NCBI GenBank assembly: GCA_964016885.1
Contig: OZ024750.1
Span: forward strand, 47,306,001-47,370,000
DNA length: 64,000 nucleotides
Direction of reading: 5' to 3'
Source of the DNA: Eledone cirrhosa
Lineage: Eukaryota
Part shown: positions 1-18,567 of the stretch, in pieces
Layout of the letters: every line of letters begins with the position of its first letter
How positions within the stretch are numbered: the first letter of the stretch is position 1
Notes under the pieces: generated by a model
What the model saw: only the letters and a program-made list of their open reading frames with translations
Told to the model about the DNA's origin: nothing
Database searches by the model: none
Position numbers and translations under genes: made by a program

Positions 1-250
1 ATCAGTTGGATTCACATAGACATATGAATTTTTTAAAAAACTAAACATAAGATAATGAATCTTCACGCATTGTGAATACTTGTTTCATTCAGGAATACTG
101 ATATTTACAATATAGTGTAAGTTTTATAAATACTAATACATTAAAACATAGGGTTTTCTACGCCTCGAATATGTCTGGCTATTTTTAAATTTTTTCTCTC
201 TATATCTCTCTATATCTCTCTATATATCTCCCTTACATTAATACTTGAGC

Positions 251-281
<31 letters not shown>

Positions 282-654
282 ATGCATCATTGATACACTT
301 ACTCAAAATGACCTCCCACTACCTAATTTTTCTATATCTATATTTATATATGTATCTATCTCTATTTCCTCTCTCTCTATATATATATATATATCTCTTT
401 CTGTCCCTTTACATGAAGCTCTTCGCTTTATCTATTTTTCCATCTCTCTATTTTGTCCCATGCATTTCTTCTTTTTCTTTTTCTTCTTTTTCTTCCTTTT
501 CTTCGTTTTGTCTTTCTTTCTTTCTTATTTCCCTCTTTTCTCTCTCTCTTTCTTTCTCTCTGTATTTTCACTGCTAGAGTAAACCTCTTCAAATGAAGTT
601 GATGTTTATTACGGTATGTCGAATATATTTATCTATAAAACTGTTTATATTGTA

Positions 655-716
655 TTTTGTCTGATGAAGGCATAGCATATTGTTAATATGATATCCCCGA
701 AATATATATAATGAAA
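655..716 (+). ncRNA. Diverged type I hammerhead in a PLE-end fragment (relatives at 24145-24275 and 27490-27720)
   Basis: CTGATGA-aggcatagcatatt gtt aatatgatatcccc-GAAA-tatataTA/-atgaaa. Confidence 0.6.
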
Positions 717-846
717 TAAATATGGTTTTATAAATATAGTTTTCCATTTATTTAATATTGTAAATATACTCCAAGTATTTGTCGAGTGCTTTTATATCAG
801 TTATAAATATTTACTAGTTGTAACCCAACAATTTTAAATATAACTT

Positions 847-931
<85 letters not shown>

Positions 932-1457
932 ATATATATATATGGTGGTTACCAACTCGTTTTCGAGTACGTTCGATACTTTGTATCCATGTAGGAGAAT
1001 CCCTACCGATGCGCTGAACGAGTGTGACTTTTTAGTCCAGCCAGCAACTTGAAAATTCTGGTGCAAACACTACATGCGTGACAATTATTGATACAGTGCT
1101 GGGCCCATGGTACCATGTGACGACAAGTGCAGAGAGATCTCCAGATATAAAGCAATGCCTGTGCCGTGAAGCTTTTATAGTGAGCAATGGTACTGCACAA
1201 AGCCATAAATATACATATATATATACATACATATATATATATACATATATATATATATACATACATATATATATATATACATATATATATATACATATAT
1301 ACATATATATATACATACATATATATATATACATATAAATATATACATACATATATATATACATATATATATACATACATATATATATATACATATAAAT
1401 ATATACATACATATATATATATATACATACATATATATATATACATACATATATATA

Positions 1458-2066
1458 TGGTGGCTGCCAACTCGTTTTCGAGTACGGCCACTACTTTATA
1501 TCCATGTAGGAGAACCCCTACCGATGCGCTGAACGAGTGTGACTTTTTAGTCCAGCCAGCGACTTGAAAACTCTGGTACAAACACTACACTTGTGACAAT
1601 TATTGACACATAGTGCTGGGCCCATGGTACCATGTGACGACAAGTGCAGAGAGATCTCCAGATATAAAGCAATGCCTGTGCCGTGAAGCTTTTATAGTGA
1701 GCAAAGGCACTGCACAAAGCCAGTCCCACTCTCTTAACCAAGATGATATTTACCAAAAAGAAGAACAAGTCAACATCATTGGATACCATCAGGGTTGCAG
1801 GTGTTATATCAGAGTTTTCCTTCTCTTAGAATTCTGCCTTGACAAAGGCTAAGGGGTCATCTCTCCCAGTGATTTTGGATGGCCATTGACTCTTAAGAGC
1901 TCCTTTGCCCTTCGACAGGTTTTGTTTTTAGTCCTGCAGGATGTCCAAAGTCACCCTCCTCACCAAGAAACCTTGGTGGGGTTGCCAGTTTAGTCGCCAA
2001 CGACCCGACCATGAGACAGGTTGTACTGGGATACATGTTACCAGTAGCACCAAGTGGTGACCTGAC
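1458..2066 (-). mobile_element. Non-autonomous RTE-derived element (5' part + C2H2 finger and 3' stem-loop); partial copies 943-1204, 41152-41606, 41798-42209 (-) and 22222-22430 (+)
   Basis: C-terminal [22 protein letters not shown], then the ctcg-aaaa-cgag tail hairpin and (TA)n. Confidence 0.65.
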
Positions 2067-2106
2067 ATACATACATATATACATACATATATATATATAT
2101 ATATAC

Positions 2107-2139
<33 letters not shown>

Positions 2140-2292
2140 CATATATATATACATACATATATATATACATACTTACATATATATATACATACATATATAT
2201 ATACATACATATATATATACATATATATACACATACATATATATATACATACATATATATATACATACATATATATATACATATATATATAC

Positions 2293-2335
<43 letters not shown>

Positions 2336-2540
2336 CGTATATACATATATATATACATATATACATATATATATACATACATATATATATATATATATAC
2401 ATATATATATACATATATATATACATATATATATACATACATATATATACATATATATATACATACATATATATACATATATATATACATACATATTAAG
2501 AGTGTAAAACAAAGAATCCTTTAATACATCAAAAGTTTGT

Positions 2541-2586
2541 ATTAGCCGACAATGTTTCGTCCTATTAAGGACTCATCAGGACAATC
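2541..2586 (-). ncRNA. Type I hammerhead in PLE-end family J (2496-2890)
   Basis: Minus strand: tgtc-CTGATGA-gtcc ttaata ggac-GAAA-cattg-TC/-ggc. Confidence 0.8.
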
Positions 2587-3051
2587 AAAACAACAAGAGG
2601 TAATATCGGCAGATACAAGCCGGAAACTCTGAAGAATATGGAGTGTACATACACTAATGTATTACAAAAATATATGATAATAAAAATGAAAATAAAAATA
2701 AAAATAATAAAAATATATAATAAGAATAACTAAGGATGTAGATAACATTAAGAACCATATTACAAATATAGTCCAAAGCAACTAACCTAATTCTAAACAA
2801 ATTTGGTCATATAGAGCAGGAATTATATATAACACAATATAAATACGAAGAGGGTGTTTGACTCCAACGCGCTCCAGTATTCTAATCCTTATATACATAC
2901 ATATATATACATATATATATACATACATATATATATATATATATACATATATATATAAATATACATATATATATACATATATATATACATATATATATAT
3001 ATATACATATATACATATATATATATATATACATATATACATATATATATA

Positions 3052-3089
<38 letters not shown>

Positions 3090-3258
3090 TATATACATAT
3101 ATATATACATATATATATATATACATATATATATACATATATATATACATATATATACATATATACATATATATATAAATGTAAGTATGTATGTATACGT
3201 ACATACATATATGCATACAGACGTACAGTAGCATGCATATATATATATATATACATAC

Positions 3259-3291
<33 letters not shown>

Positions 3292-3517
3292 CATATATAT
3301 ACATATACATACACATACATATACATACACATACACATATGCATACAGGTACACATATGCATACAGGTACACATACATATATGCACGCATCAGTTTAGCC
3401 GACGTTTATTATAACGCGTGCTTTGTTCGTTTGTTTGTCAACAAATCGAACAGCCTGAATTTATGCCATACAGTGTTAAGGCAACCACGTCACCTTTTTG
3501 TTCAACACTGACACAGG

Positions 3518-3562
3518 AACGATGTACTAGTTTCAAGCTTGTTAGCTATCATCAGCACCGTT
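3518..3562 (-). ncRNA. Minimal type I hammerhead (family C)
   Basis: Minus strand: aacggtg-CTGATGA-tagct aaca agctt-GAAA-ctag-TA/-catcgtt; 7-bp stem I; palindromic ACTAGT stem III. Confidence 0.85.
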
Positions 3563-3821
3563 TACCCATCTGCCAGATAGTTGAACGTTCGAAAGTATAT
3601 ACTTTCCTTATGAAAATTAACGGCTGAGCAGCCTAATTTGCATATTGAGTGAGTTAAATCGGTCAGGCATACCGAGAACGATAAGTTGAAAAAAATGAAA
3701 ACGAAATTTCATTTCTCACTCTTAGTATGGCACTTACTTAAATGTAAGTATGTATGTATACGTACATACATATATGCATACAGACGTACAGTAGCATGCA
3801 TATATATATATATATACATAC

Positions 3822-3854
<33 letters not shown>

Positions 3855-4080
3855 CATATATATACATATACATACACATACATATACATACACATACACA
3901 TATGCATACAGGTACACATATGCATACAGGTACACATACATATATGCACGCATCAGTTTAGCCGACGTTTATTATAACGCGTGCTTTGTTCGTTTGTTTG
4001 TCAACAAATCGAACAGCCTGAATTTATGCCATACAGTGTTAAGGCAACCACGTCACCTTTTTGTTCAACACTGACACAGG

Positions 4081-4125
4081 AACGATGTACTAGTTTCAAG
4101 CTTGTTAGCTATCATCAGCACCGTT
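4081..4125 (-). ncRNA. Minimal type I hammerhead (family C, second unit)
   Basis: Identical to 3518-3562. Confidence 0.85.
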
Positions 4126-4318
4126 TACCCATCTGCCAGATAGTTGAACGTTCGAAAGTATATACTTTCCTTATGAAAATTAACGGCTGAGCAGCCTAAT
4201 TTGCATATTGAGTGTACGTCTGTATGCATATATGTATGTACGTATACATACATACTTACATTTAAGTAAGTGCCATACTAAGAGTGAGAAATGAAATTTC
4301 GTTTTCATTTTTTTCAAC

Positions 4319-6271
<1,953 letters not shown>

Positions 6272-7113
6272 TACTCCCTTACTCCCTTACTCCCTTCCCT
6301 TCCCTCCCGTACTCCCTTCCCTCCGGGGAAACTCTCGTGGCATCTAACAACATCAGAGACTTGGGAGTAACCGTGGACAGCAACATAAGCTGGACCACGC
6401 ATATAAGCAGCAAAGTTGACATGGCCCGCAGAATGTGTTCCTGGATCCTCAGAACCTTCCAGTTGAGAGATTCCCGCACCATTATCCTTCTCTTCTCTAC
6501 TTTCGCCCGACCACACCTTGAATACTGTTGTCCACTGTGGTCTCCCCACACGAAACAAAGTATCATGAAACTTGAAGCTCCTCAAAGGGCAATCACGAAA
6601 AAGATAGATGGCATGTCAGACCTTGACGACTGGGGTCGATTGGAAAACCTGAAACTTTACTCACTCCAACGTCGCCGTGAGCGTTATATTATCTGCATGA
6701 TGTGGAAAATGTTCCATCATCACTGCCCAAATGATGTTGGCATCGCCTTCAAGACACACCCAAGGCTTGGGCCCCGTGCTATCCGTCCCATTCAAAAATC
6801 TAAATCGCAACTCATAACAACAATACGGCACAATTATTTCACCTCAATCGGCCCTGCTCTCTTCAACATCACACCAGGACACGTCAAAACAGAAACTGAC
6901 CACTCAAAATTCAAGAAGTCTTTGGACAAATTCCTCCAAGTAATCCCGGACAAACCACCCACACCCGGATATGTCTCCGCAAACAGTAATTCTCTTCTCG
7001 AATGGGCCATGGTGCCCAAATCCTGAATTGAAAGACTTCGCCAGGTGGTGCTATTAAGTTAGACATGGCCTGGGCCAATACTGGCCAAAACATTTCAAAG
7101 TTATTCAAAGTTA
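6272..7113 (+). mobile_element. 5'-truncated CR1-clade LINE (RT C-terminus + 3' UTR)
   Basis: [16 protein letters not shown]..., [31 protein letters not shown]; stop at 7026; tail repeats ttcaaagtta. Confidence 0.9.
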
Positions 7114-7166
7114 TACATATATATATATATATACATATCTATATACATATATACATATATATATAC

Positions 7167-7218
<52 letters not shown>

Positions 7219-7224
<6 letters not shown>

Positions 7225-7719
7225 AAGACGCAATGTTTAGACAACTCACAGAGGCAATAAACATAATTACAACCAAAATTAAATAGAAAACATGAGTGGA
7301 ATAGCAACATCACAACTTACATTTAAAGGACAAAATGAAAACACACACGCACATAGAACAAACAGCCAACCTGTAACATGTAAATGAACAAATAAATAAA
7401 TGAATATAAACACATACAGACACCCGGATGTGGCGCATGCGCAGACTGAACACACAACACACACAGAAACAAAATGGCGTAGGACAGAACACAGGAGAGG
7501 CACAAAAATAAAGAAAAGAACGTCCAGTCACTGAAGATGTCACATAATGTGCGACGAAAGAACTTTGACAATATATAAACAACCATGTGGTTGTGGAACC
7601 AGCCAACCAACCAGAAATATATAAATTGCTAAATTTGAAAATATATTATTATAAATTGAAGTGAAAGCATCTGGTGCGTGTGTTTCTTATTGGCAACATG
7701 ACCCTCCCAAAGTATAACA
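7219..7719 (+). mobile_element. 5'-truncated PLE-1 copy (end of GIY-YIG + 3' region; HHR at 7527-7569)
   Basis: [12 protein letters not shown] matches the C-terminus of the 42843 ORF; ends atgaccctcccaaagtataaca; flanked by (TA)n. Confidence 0.9.
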
Positions 7720-7720
7720 C

Positions 7721-7788
<68 letters not shown>

Positions 7789-7890
7789 CATATATATATA
7801 ATTATATACATATATATATATATATATATATGTATATACATATATATAATTATATTCATATATATATAAGTATATATATATAAATATATG

Positions 7891-7948
<58 letters not shown>

Positions 7949-7999
7949 CATATATATATATATATATACGTATATATATATTTATATATATATACGTAT

Positions 8000-8063
<64 letters not shown>

Positions 8064-8126
8064 ATACTTATATATATACGTATAATTATACATATATACG
8101 TATATATATATATTTATATATATACG

Positions 8127-8169
<43 letters not shown>

Positions 8170-8243
8170 GTATACTTATATATATACGTATAATTATACA
8201 TATATACGTATATATATATATTTATATATATACGAATATATAT

Positions 8244-8434
<191 letters not shown>

Positions 8435-8470
8435 ATATATATATATAAATATATATACATATATATATAT

Positions 8471-8627
8471 AACGAAGGAAAAGTGGTAAGGTACCAGGTG
8501 GACCATAACGCGCCAAAGTACTCAATACTTAGGGTAGTAGAGTGGGTAATAGGAACAATTAAGACCCCGACGGCTGAGCTCAAGCCGTTTCGACGGCTTG
8601 AGCTCAGCCGTCGGGGTTTTACTTGTT

Positions 8628-8631
<4 letters not shown>
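8471..8631. mobile_element. Family K fold-back mini-element
   Basis: Arms 8550-8588 and 8594-8631; homologous to 61058-61240. Confidence 0.85.
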
Positions 8632-8682
<51 letters not shown>

Positions 8683-8769
8683 GAATATATATATATATAA
8701 ATATATATATATTTATATATATATACGTGTATATATATAAATATATATATATATTTATATATATAATAT

Positions 8770-9009
8770 ATAAGATCAAAAGATGGTTAAATGAGTTCCA
8801 TGTATTTTATTATGTGCATTTCAAAAACAAATGTTATTGCATGATGATATTTGTTTTTGAAATGCGCATAATGAAATACTTGGAACTCTTTTAAGCATCT
8901 TTTGATCTTATATATTATGTATACTCCAGTCCTACAAACTGTAGAGTGCTTCTTATCCGATATCTGCATTGCTTTTATTGTACTATAATAAAACTCACCT
9001 CCTTCATTA

Positions 9010-9078
<69 letters not shown>

Positions 9079-9299
9079 AGATCAAAAGATGGTTAAAAAA
9101 CTTCCAAGTATTTTATTATGCGCATTTAAAATACAAATATCATCATGAGATGATATCTGCGCTTTGATCAGATAAAATAGGAATACATGATATGAAGCTT
9201 AAAAAGCCCTTGTGAATAGTGAAATTTTAAATCAACATACTTATCCGATATTTGCATTGCTTTATTGTGCTACAATATAACTCCCCTCCTACCTCCTAC

Positions 9300-9302
<3 letters not shown>
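8770..9302. repeat. Family D: palindrome 8770-8910 plus a direct copy 9073-9302 (also ~62083-62250)
   Basis: ataagatcaaaagatgg...cttttgatcttat; recurs after (TA)n tracts. Confidence 0.75.
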
Positions 9303-9345
<43 letters not shown>

Positions 9346-9613
9346 CAACAGAAATGTGGAGTAAATATTGTTCGTTTAGGTGCCTTTACAAGATATGAAT
9401 TATTTTCCGTTCGCTTAAGTGTCTTTTTCAAAATTAACGTAGAATGTAGTGATCGTGAAGAAAATATGTAAAATGTTTCCTGTATTTTTCAGGAATTCTT
9501 ATGAATCCAAAATGTTGTGTATATAATTAATAAAATAATAATTGATTGGATGTCTTCTTAAGACGTGGCAGACACGTCAGTTCATTAAAATATAATATAT
9601 CGTATCTCATATA

Positions 9614-10211
<598 letters not shown>

Positions 10212-11499
10212 CGCGTGTGCATGGACAATAGATATACATAAGTGTGTGTGTATGTATATTGTTATGTAGAAGAAACAAAATGTACTTAAAACATATCTTT
10301 ATTCTACTGTTGTTCCCATCTAGAGCGGTGGGACATATCACGATACATCTGAACTATTTGTTAGTCGTTCTACATTTCCACAGGAGCTTAATTATGTTTT
10401 GAAGTGTCAACTATCTTACATATATGAGATAACTCTATAGAACAGATGAAGTTAATACCATACCAATTCAAATTATATTGCAGATAACATGCACCGTCTA
10501 TGACAGAAATATATACGAAGCGGTATCTTAAAACATTATATCAAAATGTTTCACTTATGTTCATCCATACATTAGCAGGCATATATGATTAAAAAAAGAA
10601 ACAGTATTATATGAAAACATATATGTGTATATTGACCAGAAATAAGAAGGAGGACAGCGGCTAGTCAATTATACGTTAGGCATATAATAATAAATGATAA
10701 AGACAGATTATAATTGCTGTTATCTAATAATGAATCTGCCCACCATCTAGCATGCTATAATAATAATAAACACCCCGGGAACAATACACAGACACGTCAG
10801 TTTCGCGTAAACCACCTGGCTTGCCGGTGTTATTTTTTTGTCCGACACCCCGCCTTCAGACATCGTGTGCAAATTATTGTTGGTGTAAATTACAAAACAG
10901 TTAGTAGAGAGTAGTAAAATTAATTGCGACGCTATTTTTCATCTTCACACATAGTTATACTGTATATTAATTAGTTGCCTAATTATAAAAACTATGTTCA
11001 GTTCTGCTACATTTATAATCATAACATTTTCTTTTTATATGCATATTTTTCGTCATACATTTGGCGAGGATTTTAATATATAAATCCGCGTATTTCTGAA
11101 AAATAATTGCTTAATTGTTTATCCATCTATAGTTATTTTCTTGTATTGTATTATATTATATTATAAGCCATATTAAAACATTTGAAGTATAATATAAAAA
11201 AGCGTGATAATTTCGTTTTCCTGTAAAAGATGTTTTTGGTTTGTTGAAAGCCAGCTTATCAAGAAAACTTTTTTTCAAATTAGGATTTTTATGAAAATGT
11301 AATCTTTCTTTACCATATATTTTTATATTTATAGGCCTAACCTAATACAGTTGACACGTGAAACAATATCTAAAGGATATATCGAGCATTGAAGTAATAG
11401 ATCGTATGTAACGTGGTATGATCCACCGTTCTATATTGAAACGTGTAGTTTTCTTTCAAAGCTGAGAAAAATGTGGTTTTTCGTGTCTGCAGTTCATTT

Positions 11500-11686
11500 C
11501 GATTGGCAGTATCGGTAGAGGGCCAGACGCCATGCTTTGACACATAGAGTTACGGCCCTTGCCATTCTGAGTTCAAATCCCGCCGAGGTTAACTTTGCCT
11601 TTCAATATTACGGGGTCGATAAAATAAAGTACTACTAATCTACTGGGTAATTGCTGGCCTTGCGCCAATAGTAGAAACAATTATAA
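11500..11686 (+). mobile_element. tRNA-derived SINE (octopus-type); copies 33341-33525 (+), 63830-64000 (+, two pieces), 53455-53633 (-)
   Basis: A-box-like tggcagtatcgg, B box gagttcaaatcc, then ctttgcctttca..ggggtcgataaaataaagtac. Confidence 0.8.
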
Positions 11687-11835
11687 CTATGTTCATCTTC
11701 CTATTAATAATGTTGGACCTCCATCAGCTGGGAAAGTCGAAAGCCTATTTCGAATTACTGCCGTATAATTGTAACTGAATAGCCTCGATCTTCTCTCATA
11801 TTTACCAGGATCTATACTGGTATACCCCAATATCA

Positions 11836-11921
<86 letters not shown>

Positions 11922-11927
<6 letters not shown>

Positions 11928-12131
11928 ATATGTATGTGATGAAACACAGATACCAACACATCTGTATATATATTGGCAATACAGTTCGTCTTCGTTGATT
12001 TATTATTTTAAATCGATATTGACAAACTGTAGTATAATAATTAGTATACTTCAATCTGGCTAAATTTTTCTTTTGCAATATATATACAGATGTGTTGGTA
12101 TCTGTGTTTCATCACATACATATTAGTTTAT
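11922..12131. repeat. Short element with ~55-bp inverted termini
   Basis: aaactaatatgtatgtgatgaaacacagataccaacacatctg and its reverse complement. Confidence 0.8.
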
Positions 12132-12203
12132 ACACGGCTCAGGGGGTATGTTCCTCCTTCGAGCTAATTTCCATTGTAAAAGAATTCATTACCTTATTAA
12201 TTA

Positions 12204-12235
<32 letters not shown>

Positions 12236-12383
12236 CTCTAACATTACAAGGGGTCCGACGAGCTGCGGATTACAGAGTCGGGTAAGATCGATACAGATTG
12301 AACCTTGAGCTGATCAGTGGCGAAAGGCGCCTCACAAACCAATAAATGTAATGAAGGAGTAACCAATCGTCCTTGTTATCTTT

Positions 12384-12935
<552 letters not shown>

Positions 12936-15900
12936 ATATATATATATATATATACATACATACATACATACATACATACATACATACATACATACATACA
13001 TACATACATACATACATACATAGATTGAAACAGAAGAATTTACATGCCTTTACATGAATTTACATATGAATACACATCCACATAGATTAATTTAATGTGT
13101 CTGTATGAAATTCTATACTGTCATATATTGACATGTGAGCGAGTAATACAAGGCCTTTCAAACATTCATACCCACGCTAAGAATGAAGCGTAAATTAAAG
13201 AGGTACTGAAGATGAAAAATGTTCTAATTTAATATGTAAGAAAAGAAAATGCGTTTTGTAGGAAATGATTTGATTTCGTAGCAATACAATCTAGGGGAAA
13301 CCAACAAGAAAATACTAACTATGGAGATATAAGGATGAAATATCTTCTTGGAGTATCAGATCAAACACATCTGAAAGCAGCACAAAGAGCAACATTTGCA
13401 CTAAACTAACGACAATTGCTGGTTGTGAATTTGAGATGGTTAACATATTGAAGTGTTCCATAGGACCTTAAGATCGAATGTAATCGAACGCACGTCACTG
13501 TGATAATCGAGATGTCTTACTGGGCGGAATCTTTCCTTATATAGGTCGTAATACACACACTTACTTTCCTAAGAAATAAATATGGGAGAAAGTGATATAG
13601 AGCGATATTTGGACCCCGTATTGAAATGTAACTTCATGTTTCCAACTCGAATGGATAAATTATAAAATTGGCATCAGCTACATATGAACACAGATTGCAC
13701 AGAAACGGAACAAATACGACAAGGCAATCTGCCGACGTTCTAACAACGTAGCTGCCGCATTCAGTTAGAAATTGAATATATATGTCACTCACTCCATTCC
13801 AGGTCTTAATTACATAGAAATAAATGTACCAACAATTAACGTAATTAAATTAAAATATTTTGATATTGTTATGTTTTTTTTGTTTTTTTTCTAATCCTAA
13901 GTTTCTACCCGCTATTCACAAATAGTTGAGGCATGGATAAAATATGTTAAGTCTCACTGATCAAGGTAGACATTGACGAGGTTCTTTGTTAAATCATGAT
14001 CGGCAACCCTACTTATTATAGGTCTAATCGTTTTACCATGGCGTCTGTGTGGCACACGTCATATGAGTGAAACTAAGTAAGCAAATGTGCATTCTTAGCT
14101 CTGAGGAATACCTTAAAATTATAAATGTTTCCGGTATGTTCAGGGACTGGTACCTTAATTTAACGAGAATATAATTCACTTGAACAAACAGAAGTAGCAG
14201 ACGTCGTTGAAACCAACGGAGTTTAATTTCCCATAAGTTAGCGTATTTCTCTATCTAGCAGTATATACTTTCTTTCGCACGAGCAAACCCCCAGTTGTAT
14301 ACTTACACATACACACGTCACCACATGCAAACCAACGCTATCTCATACATATATACACGCCCGAAAACATATGAAAGTACACGCAATCATACACATACAT
14401 AGACATACGTACACATGTGCGAACAAAGGCAATCATATATATATATACACTCAACGTACACACCAGAAACCCACGTAATCATACACTTACACACACACAG
14501 ACACATGAGCAAACCCATGCTAACATACACTTACATAGAATCACATTAAATAATTATGCGCTATGGAACCATAGCGTATATATGATAACATAATATTGCG
14601 GCAAGACACAGAAAGTAGAAAGCATACGATTTCTAATGAATATTTGATGAATTACATCAAAATATTTACACTTGATATCAATTATGCCATGGAACCGATC
14701 AGTTTCTCCGCTGAGACAGAGAGATGTAGGATATTTACAAGTTATTCTATCAAATATTCATTATTGCAGGTAGGAAAACGTTAGAATTTTAGTAGAAGAC
14801 AGATGAGGATATGTGATATTCATACCTTTCCCGAAAGCATTGCCATTGTAAACTCATAATTCTACTTGGAATGATATCTCAACTTTTTTTTACCATGAAT
14901 ATTCTAACTGTCGGTCTAACGGAACAGCTTTCTCCTTGATGGCGGAGAATACCTCAACCCAATGTACTATTAATATGATTCTTAAGATAATGTTGTGTGT
15001 CATCGTATGTGATAAAGATGGGCGTTTCAACTACAGGTAGAGTTCATCTGACTGGTTTCCAAGCAGTTGCGATTTACCCAGATCTCCCAGAATTCTCGGC
15101 TCAACACATGGTTATATCTAAAAACAATTGCACAACATGCCATATTCTTAACCAGTTGGTCAAACACATAGTTATAGATTTAATATATAACATATACATA
15201 CATACGATATATCACATATATATACATGGAAACATAAATAGGATATATACCATAAATATATATACATGCATACATGTATACATACATCTGGCGTTGAACT
15301 AAATAGACAACTACATTGTAAGATCATTTCAAAATAGCCAAAATCAACTTAGAAATGCACATGAATGGTAATTGTAAACCACGCTAAGACCCTTATTAAG
15401 TAAACAAACTCATTATCAAATAAATATTGATTGAAATTATTATTAAGACTTTGATATCCCTTTCATTGAATCATTTTATTTAAAATTCTAAATGTTATAT
15501 GTTATGATTGAAACACATAGATGATCATATAATTGTTTGTAGTTTCTATGTTTCAGAGGAGGCAATTGCTTTTTCAGTTATATGAAAGTCCATTAGAAGA
15601 TAGATCTCTTTCAGAGTTATCGTAATATTCACATTAATCATATATATTTTCAAATACGTATAATAATACTTTCGCAATCATAATGATTATATTCTACTAT
15701 TATGTTATTATATTTACACATTAGCAGAATGTACTTGAAATTTAGAATATTATTAAATAAATATTACAATTTATATGAAATTAGAAAATACTAAAACGAT
15801 ATGATAGAATAAATACAACGCTTGTATACATAAGTATAATTAAGTATATATTTTATTATCGTTAATAGGAAACTTATATTCAGGTATCTATATCTGTAAG

Positions 15901-16088
15901 ATTAGAAATAGAAAACAAATAAGCTGTACAACCCATGCATACATAGTTATTTTCAAGCAGAAAGATACATATGTATTCATACATAGATGAACAAATCACA
16001 CACGCGTATTTAGACATAAACACGCTATTTTATTGATACGCATATACACATTTCTACAAAAATATGAATAAACATACAAACGTATGTA

Positions 16089-16123
<35 letters not shown>

Positions 16124-16129
<6 letters not shown>

Positions 16130-16221
16130 GGGAAAAGAACATTCGGAGAAATGGAAAAAGATGAGCATTGACGTCAATACTCATCTGTTTCCATTTCTCC
16201 GAGGGTTCTTAACTCCACTAT
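16124..16221. repeat. Hairpin palindrome centred on ttgacgtcaa
   Basis: Direct reading of the arms. Confidence 0.8.
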
Positions 16222-16336
16222 CAGGCTAAATACTTTTCTTTAATTTATTTAGTCAAAATACGGGGATAGCTTATATTTATAATTTCAAACTCACTCGCTG
16301 TTTCGAAATTATTCTTACACACACATACATACTTAC

Positions 16337-17059
<723 letters not shown>

Positions 17060-17563
17060 AATAGAATGAAACGAAATTTCATTTCTCACTCTTAGTACGG
17101 CACTTATTTAAATGTAAGTATGCATGTATGTATACGTACATATATATATGTATACAGACGTACAGCAGTATGTATATATAGACATACATGCACACATATA
17201 TATGCACGTATCGGTTTACCGAACATTTATTATAATGCTCGGTTTGTTTGTTTGTAAACAAACAAATATACAGCCTGAATTACGCCATTCAGTGTTTAGG
17301 CAACCACGTCACCTTTTTGTTACACTGACACAGGAACGATGTGCTAGTTTCAAGCTTATTAGCTATCCTCAGCATCGTATACCTTCCTTCCAGATGGTTG
17401 AACTTCTGTTTACAAACAAACAAACCGACCATTATAATAAATGTTCGGTAAACCGATACGTGCATATATATATATATATATATGTGTGCATGTATGTGTA
17501 TATATACATAGTACTGTACGTCTGTATACATATATGTATGTACGTATACATACATGCATACTT
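17060..17563. repeat. Family C fold-back copy (diverged; HHR ~17335-17380 -, cleavage triplet mutated)
   Basis: Same unit sequence; inverted right arm 17408-17563. Confidence 0.8.
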
Positions 17564-17899
17564 ATATATATATATAGTAATAATAATAAATTTGAAGACT
17601 AATATCAAAAGAGAGCTCGTTAAAGGTAAATATATATCAAATTTATAAGAACCGTAGAGCAAATACTTATTAAAATGACAGATTCAAGTTTAATCAAATA
17701 ATCGGTGCTTTCATATTAGAAAGCGAGGTTTTTTTACAAAATGAAAAAAAAAATAACGAGGTGTCCTATACGAGAGAAAGTATAAGGAAAAAAGATGAAA
17801 TCGAAAATGCAACTTGAGTCTTTAAAAAAAAAAATTGGTTCCTTTACCGGTTTCGCAGTCGTTGTGCCTTTCAAAAGTAGAATTGAGATGCAGGGTTTG

Positions 17900-18036
<137 letters not shown>

Positions 18037-18109
18037 TATACATATTTATGTATATATAAATATATATCAATATGTATATAAAGAGATATATAAATATATA
18101 TATAAAGAG

Positions 18110-18194
<85 letters not shown>

Positions 18195-18198
18195 TATA

Positions 18199-18477
18199 TA
18201 TTGTTATACTTTGGGAGGGTCATGTTGCCAATAAGAAACACACGCACCAGTAGCTTCACTTCAATTTATTATATATTTATAGATTTATAAATTTACAAAT
18301 CTACAAACTTATAAATTTCTGGTTGGTTGGTTGGTTCCACAACCAGATAGTTGTTTATATATAGTCATAGTCCTTTCGTCACACACTCTGTGACCTCTTC
18401 AGTGACTGGGGATTCCTTTCTTTGTTTCTGTGCCTTTCCTTTCTTCTGTCCTACGCCATTTTATTTCTGTGTGTGTA
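18199..18477 (-). mobile_element. PLE-1 3'-end fragment with intact HHR (18363-18407)
   Basis: Reverse complement of ~46340-46603. Confidence 0.88.
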
Positions 18478-18531
18478 AATATATATATATATATATACAC
18501 AATACATAAGCATTTTGTTTCTGTGTGTGTA

Positions 18532-18567
<36 letters not shown>

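Larger units (their letters stand above)
3178..4318 (-). repeat. Head-to-tail 563-bp non-coding HHR repeat (family C; ~1.8 units plus a short inverted end)
   Basis: Identical 106-aa pseudo-ORFs at 3191 and 3754 give a period of 563; 4213-4318 is an inverted copy of ~3685-3790. Confidence 0.9.

Noticed and set aside
3178-4318. CRISPR array or protein-coding tandem (106-aa and 69-aa ORFs)
   Set aside because: Eukaryotic context with no repeat-spacer structure; the ORFs are microsatellite-derived and not conserved in other copies.
10785-10868. HHR-like motif on the minus strand (ctgaagg cg...cgc gaaa ctg)
   Set aside because: Core lacks a nucleotide and there is no valid NUH site.
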